Shown: positions 39,985 to 49,978, counted from the stretch's first letter. The stretch is 57,479 nucleotides of DNA from Promethearchaeota archaeon (GCA_048939995.1 JBHLOY010000014.1:1-57479), one strand, 5' to 3'. The notes: generated by a model from the letters alone, not told the origin. Translations and numbers: made by a program.

Positions 39985-40725
39985 CTAGATATAATTCTCC
40001 CATACCCTTTCATTTATATTGTGCATTTTTAGATAATCTTTAACGTCTGTTAATAAAATATTTGGATCAAATTCCCAAGCATTATTTTTATTGAATGACA
40101 CACATTTTACATTTTCAATTTTTAAAACTGATTTTAAAAGGAGCCCATAAGTTGCAACCTGGGGTAATGAAAACATAAAATTTCCTTCTGGTTTATAATC
40201 AATAATCTTTATCACATTATCTTGAATTTGAATGAGATCAATATGACCAGTAAGAGCTTTTCCTTCGGCTTTTTTCCATATTGGGACTTCAATTGCTAAA
40301 GAGTCTCTATCTTTTATTAAAATATATTTTAAAACAGGTCCATGACCGGGATTAGTAATAATGCCATCATTCTTGAAGTTTGTATGGACTATCTGAGCAT
40401 ATTGAGGCAGTTTCGAATTTGAATCACAATATTCAATTTTCCCTTCCTTGATTAAATTTTTGCCAAAATTTCTGAGAAACATACTTTTTAAACCAATAAT
40501 TTTAAATCTAGACACACGAGGAAGTGCCCTTGTATTAAATAAATTATGAGGGATTTTGCCCTGGTAAATTCGATTAAAATATTTTCCAAGTCTGATAAAT
40601 TCAGTTCGATAAGGATTTAAAGGTGAAATTTTTTGGCGATGGTTCTCAATATTCCAATTAAAAGCATATGGAATTTTCTGATGAATAAAGACTTTATTTC
40701 TAATTGATTCCCGATATATTGTCAT
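39985..40725 (-). CDS. PD-(D/E)XK nuclease family protein
   Basis: IEVP, TGHIDL, IIDYKP and QVATY motifs. Confidence 0.85.
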   Translation of the reverse strand: MTIYRESIRNKVFIHQKIPYAFNWNIENHRQKISPLNPYRTEFIRLGKYFNRIYQGKIPHNLFNTRALPRVSRFKIIGLKSMFLRNFGKNLIKEGKIEYCDSNSKLPQYAQIVHTNFKNDGIITNPGHGPVLKYILIKDRDSLAIEVPIWKKAEGKALTGHIDLIQIQDNVIKIIDYKPEGNFMFSLPQVATYGLLLKSVLKIENVKCVSFNKNNAWEFDPNILLTDVKDYLKMHNINERVWENYI

Positions 40726-40827
40726 TTAATCATTAAGTATGTTTTGAATTTAAAAAAATATGTGTATTAATGATTTATTAATTTGTAGAATTACAATTAC
40801 TTATGAATATTTCTTTAAAACACCAAA

Positions 40828-40902
40828 CGGACCTGGCAGGATTCGAACCTGCGACTTTCGGATTAGAAGTCCGACGCCCTATCCATGCTAGGCTACAGGT
40901 CC
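40828..40902 (-). tRNA. tRNA-Arg(TCT)
   Basis: GGACCTG acceptor stem, anticodon arm TCGGA-CT-TCT-AA-TCCGA, T-loop TTCGAAT; no encoded CCA. Confidence 0.97.
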
Positions 40903-40998
40903 TTTTTCTATCTCAATATAATTTTTGAAAAGAAAAATATTGAAAGTTAAAATTTATTACGTATTAAGAAATTAAAATTTTACCTTTAAAACAATAGC

Positions 40999-42150
40999 TT
41001 AATAAAACGGTCTAATTATAGAATCTACCACCACCAAATCCATTTTAGGAGAAATAGGTTTTACTATTCTACATTCAGTAATTTTATCAATATTCCATTG
41101 TGATTTTTCTAAGGAAATTTTTAAATTTTCTATTGCTTTTTCTATTGATCTTGGTTTATTAACAAATTGATAACAATGGATCATTCCCCCCGTTAATTTC
41201 ATTAAAAAACATGCAACTCTAATGAATTTGAGAGATTTTTCAGGTAAATTCATAATAATCCTGCTTGCTTTATGTTTTAGTTCATTTCCTAAATCATTCT
41301 TTGGATTTAAGAGATTTGTGACATTTATGTTAAACGGAAATATCTGACCCATCATATTGTTCAAACAAATATTTTGTTTAAGGTACTTATAAGCAATTGG
41401 ATTAATATCAAATGCATAAATTTGTACATTATGATTTTTTACTAATTGAATTGAAATTGGGCCAACTCCAGCAAACATATCAATTATTACCTCATGAGCT
41501 TTAATATTACAATTGGCTAGTCTTTTTCGTTCATAAACCAATCTAGGAGAGAAATAAGTCTTCTTAATATCTAGGTTAAAAATGCAATTATTTTCCCTAT
41601 AGATTGCTTCTGTTTTATCTTCTCCTTTCAATAATTTTAAATCTCTTAACCTAAATTTACCTTTTATTTTACTCTTCTTTTCATAAATAGATTTTATAGC
41701 ATTATTTGTTAGTAATAATGCTTTCGCGAATTTTTTTTTATACTGCAAAGCTTTCCTATAACTTAAATCTCTAAAACGATTGAATTCAACAACTGCAATA
41801 TGGCCAATTATATCATATGATTTTGGAATTAGATTAATAATATTTGAAGGGATTTGCTTTTTCAAGATGTCCTCAATTGATTGTGAGCTATCTAATGAGA
41901 TTTGTGATTCTAGTTTAATTATTTCAAAAAAGAATTTATTATCGATATATTCCGTTAAAGATTTAATCTTTTTTAAGTCTTGAATTAATGGAAAAAGTAC
42001 AAATTCTCCTTCTGATAAGACTCTTTTGCTTTTATCAACGAACTTTTCATTCTTTAAATTTTTCTTAAGAAGGTCAAGAAAAGTTTGAGCATCTTTTTTT
42101 TTCAACTTCAGAAATTTTGATTGGCTAAAGTTCTTCACCTTATAAAACAT
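40999..42150 (-). CDS. trm5: Trm5/Tyw2-family tRNA methyltransferase
   Basis: YDIIGHIA, YFSPRL..ER, DMFAGVGP, DINP and IMNLP. Confidence 0.88.
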   Translation of the reverse strand: MFYKVKNFSQSKFLKLKKKDAQTFLDLLKKNLKNEKFVDKSKRVLSEGEFVLFPLIQDLKKIKSLTEYIDNKFFFEIIKLESQISLDSSQSIEDILKKQIPSNIINLIPKSYDIIGHIAVVEFNRFRDLSYRKALQYKKKFAKALLLTNNAIKSIYEKKSKIKGKFRLRDLKLLKGEDKTEAIYRENNCIFNLDIKKTYFSPRLVYERKRLANCNIKAHEVIIDMFAGVGPISIQLVKNHNVQIYAFDINPIAYKYLKQNICLNNMMGQIFPFNINVTNLLNPKNDLGNELKHKASRIIMNLPEKSLKFIRVACFLMKLTGGMIHCYQFVNKPRSIEKAIENLKISLEKSQWNIDKITECRIVKPISPKMDLVVVDSIIRPFY

Positions 42151-42566
42151 TATAATTCGAAAAGAATTAAGATCTTTTTTTGAGGGTTTTTGATTTTCTC
42201 AATAATATTATTGTCTAAATCATTTGATGATTTTGAACATTTTATTAGTACAGTTCTATCACAAATATAATCACTTTTACGAAAAACTAAATCTTTATGA
42301 CTTAATAATTTTAAATTCTTGTGACCGAAGCCAAAAAAGGTATCTGAAATGTTGTCTACCTGAATTTTGACTTTAATTTTTCTTTCGTAAAATATCATCC
42401 TTTTTAGCTCATCATTCAGATCAAAACAAGCTTTAGATGCATTAGTTGCTAGGATACAAGTACCACTTCTAGTAATATATTTATCTTTTGTCACTTCTAT
42501 TGTTGTTTTATGTGTACAACTTATATTTTGATGGCCATAAGCATATATTTTTTCTATAATAGTCAT
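42150..42566 (-). CDS. DUF371 family protein
   Basis: GHQNI..THKTTIE.TKD and VFRKSDY..DRT. Confidence 0.9.
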   Translation of the reverse strand: MTIIEKIYAYGHQNISCTHKTTIEVTKDKYITRSGTCILATNASKACFDLNDELKRMIFYERKIKVKIQVDNISDTFFGFGHKNLKLLSHKDLVFRKSDYICDRTVLIKCSKSSNDLDNNIIEKIKNPQKKILILFEL

Positions 42567-42568
42567 TT

Positions 42569-44218
42569 TTAGTAATTTTCTTCAAAAAACTGAACAATAT
42601 CTTCAATATTATTAGATATTAAAAAATTCGAATTAAATATTTTTTTTAGGTATTGATCTAATCCATTAAGAGGATGATAAGTTGAAAATTTCTTGATTTC
42701 ATTAAATTGGTTGATATATCTTTTAGGGATAAGAATAGCACACTTCTTATAATTTTTATAATGTTTTTGAAAAAATTTTAAACAATAATTTAATGAATTT
42801 TGATATATTATGTCATTTTCATTTACAGCTTTAATTGATTCATATTGTCCCATTGGAAACGTATCTAATAATTCAAAAGGAATAATTCCATAAATCTGGG
42901 AGCAAAAAACGATATGAATATATTTTCTTTGGATTTTAAGATTACCATTTATATTTTTTATCCAATTTTGTATGGAAGGTGAATTGAAACTTTTGATATC
43001 CAACTCAGGTAAAATTAATAAGTATCTCGCGTCTTCGGGGACGCGATAATAACTAGATAATTTAGATATATATCTATAAATTATAGGTCTGTTTAAGCTT
43101 TCATAAGAGCTATATAATCTTCCATGCCTTTTAATTACTTTTTCATAAATTTCAAAAAAGTTTTTATTTTTACTTAATAATCTAGCAGCCATTACTAAAT
43201 TTGGATGATTTCTAATTCTTAATTCTACTAATTCCCATAGATTTCCATCTCTAATAGCTTGACGGATGGTTCTTAATTCTGAAATTGAAAGATAGAGATT
43301 ATGTTCAGCTATCAGTTTAACTCTTAATTTCTCTTCAAAAGACATTAACTCTTTGGGGGAATAAGTTAAACAAACTGGACAATGGCATGGAAATTCCTCA
43401 AGTTCTTGAAGCTTTCTAGTCCCAGTAGATAAGGTAAAATAACGATTCTCCCTTGCATATAAAATGTAGGCTGCGGAATCCATAAGATCACATCCAAATG
43501 CTACAGCTAGCGAAAAAAATTGAGGTAGACCTAACCCAAACATATGTAAAGGTTTATTTGGAGTGAGGTTCTTCCTTGCTGTTAACAAAATTTTTAATAC
43601 TAAATTAAATCTATAATTCAGAAAAGCTTTAACTAACCCTCCAATAGCATAGATTTCGAAATCTAATCTATCCATAATACTAGTACACTTTTTCACTAAA
43701 TTAAGGTACTTTCCTCCATGTATTGGGCCCAACCAAGCACAATTCTCATTTTTTCTTCTCTTTATATTTTCTCTTGCCCTTGAAAGCGTCAATTTAACTT
43801 TCTCTTTGGCGCTTTCATAATCATCATCTAGCTGAACAGGTAGATCCAGAATAACAGGAAAATCTGAGCCAATTTTTTCTTGGAAATTTTCAATTTCTGT
43901 TGCCTCTATCTCAATTTCACCATCTCTATACATATACTGCTGAAAAGCACCACTATCTGTAGCAACTAAACCTTGAAAGTTTAAATAATCATGAATTCCT
44001 TTTATTAATACTGCATTCCTCTGATCATAATTTTGATAGAGTGTATATGCATTTGTAAACAACGCTTTAACTCCCATTTTTGATAAATCTTTAGTAGAGA
44101 TTAAGTTTCTGAGAGGATGAATGACTGGTAAGAGGTTGGGAGTAATTAATTCTTTATGATTCAAGCTAATACGTCCAATTCTTGCTAATGCATCACTATT
44201 AACAAGTTCAAATTCCAT
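42569..44218 (-). CDS. tgtA: Archaeosine tRNA-guanine(15) transglycosylase, without C-terminal PUA domain
   Basis: TDSGAFQ, LDLP, HMFGLG, GCDLMDSAAY and CHCPVC. Confidence 0.93.
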   Translation of the reverse strand: MEFELVNSDALARIGRISLNHKELITPNLLPVIHPLRNLISTKDLSKMGVKALFTNAYTLYQNYDQRNAVLIKGIHDYLNFQGLVATDSGAFQQYMYRDGEIEIEATEIENFQEKIGSDFPVILDLPVQLDDDYESAKEKVKLTLSRARENIKRRKNENCAWLGPIHGGKYLNLVKKCTSIMDRLDFEIYAIGGLVKAFLNYRFNLVLKILLTARKNLTPNKPLHMFGLGLPQFFSLAVAFGCDLMDSAAYILYARENRYFTLSTGTRKLQELEEFPCHCPVCLTYSPKELMSFEEKLRVKLIAEHNLYLSISELRTIRQAIRDGNLWELVELRIRNHPNLVMAARLLSKNKNFFEIYEKVIKRHGRLYSSYESLNRPIIYRYISKLSSYYRVPEDARYLLILPELDIKSFNSPSIQNWIKNINGNLKIQRKYIHIVFCSQIYGIIPFELLDTFPMGQYESIKAVNENDIIYQNSLNYCLKFFQKHYKNYKKCAILIPKRYINQFNEIKKFSTYHPLNGLDQYLKKIFNSNFLISNNIEDIVQFFEENY

Positions 44219-44244
44219 CTAATATCAACTCTTTTATATGTATT

Positions 44245-44838
44245 TCAATCAAAAAAATCACCTAAACGATCTTGTTGAAAAAGATCCTCTAACCAATCAA
44301 TTTTTCCAACAATATATTGGTCTATATTTTTTTCTTCTGTGATTATTTCAATAATTATCCTCATAAGAGTCTCAATATCTAGTTTTGTCGTATCAATTTC
44401 CAAAATGGGTATTTTAACATCTTTTTTAATGAAAAAGTTTATACAATTCCCCAAGATTTCTGATTGTACATTTTCAATCACTTTTTCCTCATTATACCCT
44501 TTTTTTCTTAACCTTACTGATAATTCATCAGGATGGCATCTCAGGATTATTAGAAAGTCAATAAATTTTTCTGGGATTATATCAGAAAAATGACTTTCAA
44601 TTAATAGATAATTAACCTTTTCAGGCTCATAACTCTCAATTAGATTAATAAGATATTTTTTTACTGCTTTCTCATTAAAAATAAATGTATCTCTTTTTGA
44701 GTCATAGTTGGTAGTAAAATTCTTTTGAATGACTAAATCATTTAATGAGATTAATTTTGCATTTAATTTTTCCGCTATTGCTTTAGAGACCGAAGTTTTT
44801 CCAGTACCTGGTGTTCCTGAAATTGTAACAATTTTCAT
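44245..44838 (-). CDS. Adenylate kinase AK6/Fap7 family
   Basis: SGTPGTGKT, IESH, LRC.P..L..RL and KV.EN..SE. Confidence 0.9.
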   Translation of the reverse strand: MKIVTISGTPGTGKTSVSKAIAEKLNAKLISLNDLVIQKNFTTNYDSKRDTFIFNEKAVKKYLINLIESYEPEKVNYLLIESHFSDIIPEKFIDFLIILRCHPDELSVRLRKKGYNEEKVIENVQSEILGNCINFFIKKDVKIPILEIDTTKLDIETLMRIIIEIITEEKNIDQYIVGKIDWLEDLFQQDRLGDFFD

Positions 44839-44902
44839 AATTTAAACCATAAAAAAATTTTTGAATGGTTTACCTAAATTTGAAAAAAATTGAAAAGTTT
44901 AA

Positions 44903-45006
44903 TGGGAAAGGGGGGCTTCGAACCCCCGACCTCACGGTTATCAGCCGTGCGCTATACCAGGCTAAGCCACTTGAGAGTCTTCTCACCCAGAAAAGACTTC
45001 TCTCCC
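44903..45006 (-). tRNA. tRNA-Ile(GAT) with a 30-nt insertion (non-canonical intron) in the 5' acceptor strand
   Basis: Anticodon arm CACGG-CT-GAT-AA-CCGTG, T arm GGGGG-TTCGAAG-CCCCC and 3' strand CTTTCCC-A. The 5' strand is restored only after removing 44973-45002. Confidence 0.85.
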
Positions 45007-45214
45007 AGTGTACCTTCCCATTCTTGATTTACTGGGACTTTTTGTAAAGCCTCTAATTCATTAATTAAATTAAAAACAATAATTTTTAATTTTGATTGAA
45101 TGATTCAAATTATGGATAGCTAAAAAATTTTATTATATTATATTCTCTCCAATAAGCCTTAAACTTTAATAAATAAACATCTATTTTTTATTTACAATTA
45201 AAAAGTTTAATCAA

Positions 45215-45646
45215 ATGACAAGAGTATTAAACTATTCGATTATTGGATTAGAAGATTATATCATTAGTTTCGATTCGTATTGTTCTCCATGTGAAATACA
45301 AAAATATTGTCAATATGGAAAAGAAAAACCTTTTACTATATCAATTAAATGTAGCGATTTAAATCGTGCAAAAGAAAAAGTGAAGTTTGAGCAGCTTCAA
45401 AAGTTGCAGAAGAAAGAAGATATATCTATAACTTATGAGGAATTAATTAAAAAAGTTAAAATAAATATGCAAAATATTTTTAGTCAAATTTGGAACGATA
45501 AAATAAGGGCTCAAAAAGAAGAGATTCGTTGTTTAGATTCTCGAAAAGTTGATGCAATGTTGGTCGCTCAACAAGGTCAAAATTGGTGGCAAGATTTCAA
45601 TACAACTATGAAGGAATTGAATCAAGAATGTGAGAAAATCCTATAA
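45215..45646 (+). CDS. Hypothetical protein with Cys cluster
   Basis: CSPCEIQKYC plus additional Cys residues; possibly metal-binding. Confidence 0.7.
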   Translation: MTRVLNYSIIGLEDYIISFDSYCSPCEIQKYCQYGKEKPFTISIKCSDLNRAKEKVKFEQLQKLQKKEDISITYEELIKKVKINMQNIFSQIWNDKIRAQKEEIRCLDSRKVDAMLVAQQGQNWWQDFNTTMKELNQECEKIL

Positions 45647-45712
45647 GGTTGCTTTTCTGATTTAAGTGTTTGCTTTATTTTTTTGTAAATTGCGAAAAAA
45701 GCTTCTTAGAAT

Positions 45713-45727
45713 CGAAAGATTTATATA
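45713..45727 (+). promoter_or_regulatory. BRE-TATA promoter of tfb
   Basis: CGAAAGA followed by TTTATATA about 105 nt upstream of the ATG. Confidence 0.55.
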
Positions 45728-45831
45728 GTCAAATTATATTTAGATAATTTGCACTCGATTTAATTAATTGAGTTTCAGTCACAAGGATATATTTTTTGAA
45801 ATTATTTTAAGATTAAAAAGGGGTTTTTAAA

Positions 45832-46719
45832 ATGGAAGTTAAGTTAGAATCTTCAATATTATCAAACCTATGCCCCGAATGTGGGGGAAAGGCTATTCCA
45901 ATTCATGAAAAAGGAGAGATTGTTTGTAGTCAATGTGGCTTAGTCATAAGTGAAAAGCTTGTTGATATTTCTCATACAGATAAAAGAGCGTTTACTAAAT
46001 TAGAAAAGGAGAAAAGAGAACGCACTGGTTCTCCCATTTCAATTTTGTTACCTGATATGGGCTTAAGTACAATTATAGATCGGTCGAGTATTAAAAGTCC
46101 CGATTTAAAACGGGCAGCTAAATGGAACTCGAGGATGACTTGGGATAAAAGAAATATGTTAATTGCTACCACAGAATTAAAGCGGATAGCAAGTAACCTA
46201 AATCTACCCAACCATGTTAAAAAAGCCGCAATAAGGCTTTATATCGATGCTTTTAAGAAGAAATTATTACGCGGTAGATCTATCAATGGCATGGTTGCAG
46301 CATGCCTATATTTTGCATGTAGGGAAAGAAAAATTCCAAGGACTTTACGGGAAATATTAGACGAAACTGCCGTTAATGCCAAAAATGTTAGAAGATGTTA
46401 CCGAACTATTATCAGGGAATTAAATTTAAAGGCTCCCTCAACGGATCCAATTTCTTTAGTGCCTAGATTTATTGCTGAACTAGGCTTGGATGTTGAGACT
46501 GAAAAAGAAACTATAATTATTTTACAAAAATTTACTTCTAAATTCTCAACCAGTGGAAAGGACCCTAAAGGTCTATGTGCAGGAGCTCTATATTTGGTTT
46601 CGAAAAAGAAGCATAGAAAAGTCTCCCAAAAAGAGATTGCCAATATAGTTGGAGTCACAGAGGTGACTCTTCGTTCTAGGTTTAAAGAATTGGTTAATAA
46701 ACTAAAAATTGTAATATAA
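45832..46719 (+). CDS. tfb: Transcription initiation factor IIB
   Basis: Zn ribbon CPECG...CSQCG, RGRS, GKDP.G and VTEVTLR. Confidence 0.97.
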   Translation: MEVKLESSILSNLCPECGGKAIPIHEKGEIVCSQCGLVISEKLVDISHTDKRAFTKLEKEKRERTGSPISILLPDMGLSTIIDRSSIKSPDLKRAAKWNSRMTWDKRNMLIATTELKRIASNLNLPNHVKKAAIRLYIDAFKKKLLRGRSINGMVAACLYFACRERKIPRTLREILDETAVNAKNVRRCYRTIIRELNLKAPSTDPISLVPRFIAELGLDVETEKETIIILQKFTSKFSTSGKDPKGLCAGALYLVSKKKHRKVSQKEIANIVGVTEVTLRSRFKELVNKLKIVI

Positions 46720-46728
46720 ATTTTTTTA

Positions 46729-47310
46729 TTAAATTTCTTTTTTTAATAGGATTTTCATAAAATCTGGAAGAGTCAACATATAGCTTTGAGCATTAGGTAA
46801 AAGATTTTTTATTTTTATAAACATTTGAGAATAATGTTCTGCTCTTTCTTTTTGTTTTAGCACATCATTACGACTTTGCTCCCTAATAGGTTCAACAGGG
46901 ATCCCTCTTACCACTGATCGAGCTGCTATTGTTAATCCTGGAGGTACTTGGCTTTTCATCAAAATTATCGCACCCTCACCTAAAGAACTTTCTTCATAAA
47001 TCATACTTCCCTCCATAACTTGAACGTAATCTTCCATAAAGCACCCCATAATAGTTACTCCTGACTCAATAATACAATAACGGCCAATATGAATTGCACT
47101 TTTTTGCGAACGTGTGAAAAGCATCACACCGTCAAAGATTGTAGTATATTCTGCTATATCAATAGGAGAATTTTCTGCTCGAATAATGGATCCTGGCCAA
47201 ATTACTACGTTGTCATTAATCCTAACATCTCCAATCAATGTTGACAGTGGTGAAACATATGAATTATCACTAATTTTTGGTTCCTTACCATTATATTCAA
47301 AAATCACCAT
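46729..47310 (-). CDS. Gamma-carbonic-anhydrase-like hexapeptide-repeat protein lacking Zn-binding His residues
   Basis: LIGDVRI, IWPGSIIRAE and VPPG...GIP. The positions of the His ligands carry other residues. Confidence 0.8.
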   Translation of the reverse strand: MVIFEYNGKEPKISDNSYVSPLSTLIGDVRINDNVVIWPGSIIRAENSPIDIAEYTTIFDGVMLFTRSQKSAIHIGRYCIIESGVTIMGCFMEDYVQVMEGSMIYEESSLGEGAIILMKSQVPPGLTIAARSVVRGIPVEPIREQSRNDVLKQKERAEHYSQMFIKIKNLLPNAQSYMLTLPDFMKILLKKEI

Positions 47311-47407
47311 TTCTAGAACCCTTAATTATTTTTTAATAGAATATTTTATCTAAATTTATAATATAGTTAATGAACTTTTAGTTTTAATAAATTTAAATTT
47401 TTATTAA

Positions 47408-48232
47408 TTAAGAAATATAGTTATATGGTTTTAAAGGATTTTCAGCTTCAAAAAAGAAAAAATCATCATTGGGATATTTTAAGCTGAGGAAATTGCATAA
47501 TTTTCTTAAGGCAAGCGTTTTAATTTTAAATAAAGGTATATTTATTAAGCAAATATCCATATCTTTAGCAATCTTGGCAATACTAGTACTCATTTCTCCA
47601 CTAATGAGACAATCACAACTTAAATTTTTTAATTCTTTTAAATATTCAGTTAATAATAGCTCTCCCCCTATAATACATATCTTCTCAATATGTCTTTTTA
47701 GATCGCCTACATAATAAATATCATTTATTTTCAGATTAGTTCTTATTCTAATAATAAGATCTTCCAATGCTAATTTTTTTTCATGATTTTGATAAATAAG
47801 AGGCATACAAAGCCTTCCAACAGGAATAAGATTGCTATTACGATTTTTTATAAAAAATGGTTGATCCAATTTCAAAGATAAGGCACTCATAATTGTATCT
47901 GAAATGCCTCCTTCAGCCGCGATAAAAGAGCGATTTAATACAAAAATATCGATTGGATATCTCGAGAGTAATGTTAATTTATTTATTAGTTCTGAATTAA
48001 AATTAGTTATTGACTTATTAATTAATCCGTTAAGAGATATAATAAGATTGACTTTTTTTTTTAATGCAAAGTGTATTGATTCTAGACTTAAGTCAATAGT
48101 AACCATAATTTTTCTAATTACTTTATTTTTTGATTCCTCACCATAGTGAATCCCATATATTCTTGATTTAAAATTATACCTTTTAGGAGATATCTTACTC
48201 TCTAATAAACCCTTAATTTCATTTAGTAACAT
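47408..48232 (-). CDS. Degenerate Nif3/YbgI-like protein
   Basis: IRKIMVTIDL, EGGISD, KICIIGG and LISGEM. The HH and GH..TE metal ligands are absent. Confidence 0.75.
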   Translation of the reverse strand: MLLNEIKGLLESKISPKRYNFKSRIYGIHYGEESKNKVIRKIMVTIDLSLESIHFALKKKVNLIISLNGLINKSITNFNSELINKLTLLSRYPIDIFVLNRSFIAAEGGISDTIMSALSLKLDQPFFIKNRNSNLIPVGRLCMPLIYQNHEKKLALEDLIIRIRTNLKINDIYYVGDLKRHIEKICIIGGELLLTEYLKELKNLSCDCLISGEMSTSIAKIAKDMDICLINIPLFKIKTLALRKLCNFLSLKYPNDDFFFFEAENPLKPYNYIS

Positions 48233-48360
48233 TTCAGTTTTAGTAGGTTTTAATTACTAAAAAAAAATTTTTTCAAAAAAAAAAGTAGGGGGTGTAACTT
48301 TTTTATTTTTTAAAAAATTCCTTTAGAAGTAAAAGGAAATTTATTTTATAGGGTGAGCTT

Positions 48361-48774
48361 ATTAGAAGAGAAGATTGTACATTCTGTCAAATAATAGAAG
48401 GAAGGATCAATTCCAAAATGATTTATGATGATAAAAATGTTATCGCTTTTTTGGATATCTATCCTATTTCAAAAGGGCATTTGATTGTTGCTACTAAAAA
48501 TCACTATAAAAATATGGAAGATATACCTGATGAGGATCTTCTGAAAGTTTATAAAGTAGTTAAGAATTTAGCAAAATTAATCCATGAAAAATTGAATGTT
48601 GATGGCTATAATGTTTTACAAAACAACTTTAGAGCTGCCGGTCAAGTTATCGATCATTTTCACGTTCATATTATCCCTAGAAGCATTAATGATGATAGAT
48701 TCAAATTAAAAATTCCTAGAAACCAACCAAAAGAAAAAGAGCTTGATGAGATTTTAAAACTTTTAATTAATTGA
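48361..48774 (+). CDS. HIT family nucleotide hydrolase; probable ATT start at 48361
   Basis: HFHVH triad, AFLDIYP..GH and AGQ. The conserved CTFC lies upstream of ATG 48418, and there is an in-frame TAG at 48349. Confidence 0.92.
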   Translation: MRREDCTFCQIIEGRINSKMIYDDKNVIAFLDIYPISKGHLIVATKNHYKNMEDIPDEDLLKVYKVVKNLAKLIHEKLNVDGYNVLQNNFRAAGQVIDHFHVHIIPRSINDDRFKLKIPRNQPKEKELDEILKLLIN

Positions 48775-48865
48775 ATCCGAAAAAGTTTATCTGTCAAAAA
48801 ATGGTAGTTTAAAAACATAAAATCATAATAAAAATTAAAAATATTGTGAGTTTTAAGGCTGCCTC

Positions 48866-49060
48866 ATGAAAAAAGTTTTTAAAAGGTTGACAAATTTCTT
48901 TAAGAAGTTTTTTTTGGATGAAAATGGCGGAAACTTAATAGAATACGCATTACTCATAGGTTTTGCTTTGTTTATCTTTTTCATTCTTGTTGGGGTTATA
49001 ACATCCTTACTAGATTGGACATTAGGTTTATCAGAGAATTTTTTCCAAATAATAGGTTGA
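48866..49060 (+). CDS. Flp/Fap-type (type IVb-like) pilin
   Basis: FFLDENG|GNLIEYALL: class III signal peptide with E+5 and Y+6, then a hydrophobic helix. Confidence 0.75.
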   Translation: MKKVFKRLTNFFKKFFLDENGGNLIEYALLIGFALFIFFILVGVITSLLDWTLGLSENFFQIIG

Positions 49061-49084
49061 TCAATAATTCTTTATCAAGAAAAA

Positions 49085-49456
49085 CTAATTATCTTGAACA
49101 ACTAAGTTCTCAATAATTTTAATATTATATTTCTCTTTCCATTTATGGATGTTATTAAATACAAACTTCTTGCTTATTTCTAAATAATCAATAAACTCTT
49201 CTAAAGGTATTTTATTTGCACCTTTAAACAAGTTATTAATTCTTTTTTCAATAGTTTTTTCATCTGGAGGGTATAGATCTCTCTTCTTTGCTATTAATCG
49301 ATTTAATACATCATCAAATTTTCCATAATCAAAAAAATGTTCAACTATTCTGCTAATGACAGCTGCAGGAGTGCTACCAAAAACCCCTATTAGTTCCCTG
49401 ACTTGATCCATACTCACTTTGCTAAGTGTTACCGTTGTTCTTGAGGTTTCAGTCAT
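49085..49456 (-). CDS. Ribbon-helix-helix (CopG-like) regulator with C-terminal HTH-like domain
   Basis: RTTVTLS...FGSTPAAVISRIV. Confidence 0.7.
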   Translation of the reverse strand: MTETSRTTVTLSKVSMDQVRELIGVFGSTPAAVISRIVEHFFDYGKFDDVLNRLIAKKRDLYPPDEKTIEKRINNLFKGANKIPLEEFIDYLEISKKFVFNNIHKWKEKYNIKIIENLVVQDN

Positions 49457-49610
49457 ATGATTTTAATCATCTATTTTAAATATCAAATATTACATAATTT
49501 TTGTCGTTAATAAAATTATGCTTTTTGGTGATAATAAGTCATCAATAAGCATCTTTATATATAATTTGTATTTATATTATATTAGAAAGTATTCTTTCGG
49601 TCTTGAGTTA

Positions 49611-49646
49611 AAAATGTCGAAAAATTGTCGAAAAATATACGAAAAT
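49611..49646. repeat. Three imperfect 10-11-bp direct repeats between divergent regulators
   Basis: AAAATGTCGA / AAAATTGTCGA / AAAATATACGA. Confidence 0.6.
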
Positions 49647-49683
49647 AAAGTAAAAAATAAAGTTTTTAGTGGAGGAATAAAAT

Positions 49684-49938
49684 ATGGCTAATAAATTATC
49701 AATAAATAAAGAATTAGATTCAAAAGTTTATTTAACTCCAATACAACATAATTTAGTTAAAACTCTCCAAAAAAATGGCCCATCAACTAGAAGAGAACTG
49801 GTCAGGGAACTTGAAACTCCTCGAACTACAATATATGATAATCTATTAAAACTCCAGAAAAATAAACTAATCGAAAAATTTTCGAGAAATAATGGTAAAC
49901 GTGGAAGACCTTTAGTACTTTGGAAACTAAAAGAATAA
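49684..49938 (+). CDS. Small winged-helix transcription regulator (TrmB-like HTH)
   Basis: GPSTRRELVRELETPRTTIYDNL..L...GRP...W. Confidence 0.85.
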   Translation: MANKLSINKELDSKVYLTPIQHNLVKTLQKNGPSTRRELVRELETPRTTIYDNLLKLQKNKLIEKFSRNNGKRGRPLVLWKLKE

Positions 49939-49978
49939 AAAATTTTATTAAATAGACAATACAATATAAAAGACTGTT

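Noticed and set aside
39985-40902. PD-(D/E)XK nuclease at the tRNA-Arg 3' end as an integrated element or defence island
   Set aside because: I saw no integrase, no duplicated tRNA 3' end (att site) and no compositional shift.
44865-45047. 60-aa ORF on the + strand
   Set aside because: It is the antisense shadow of tRNA-Ile.
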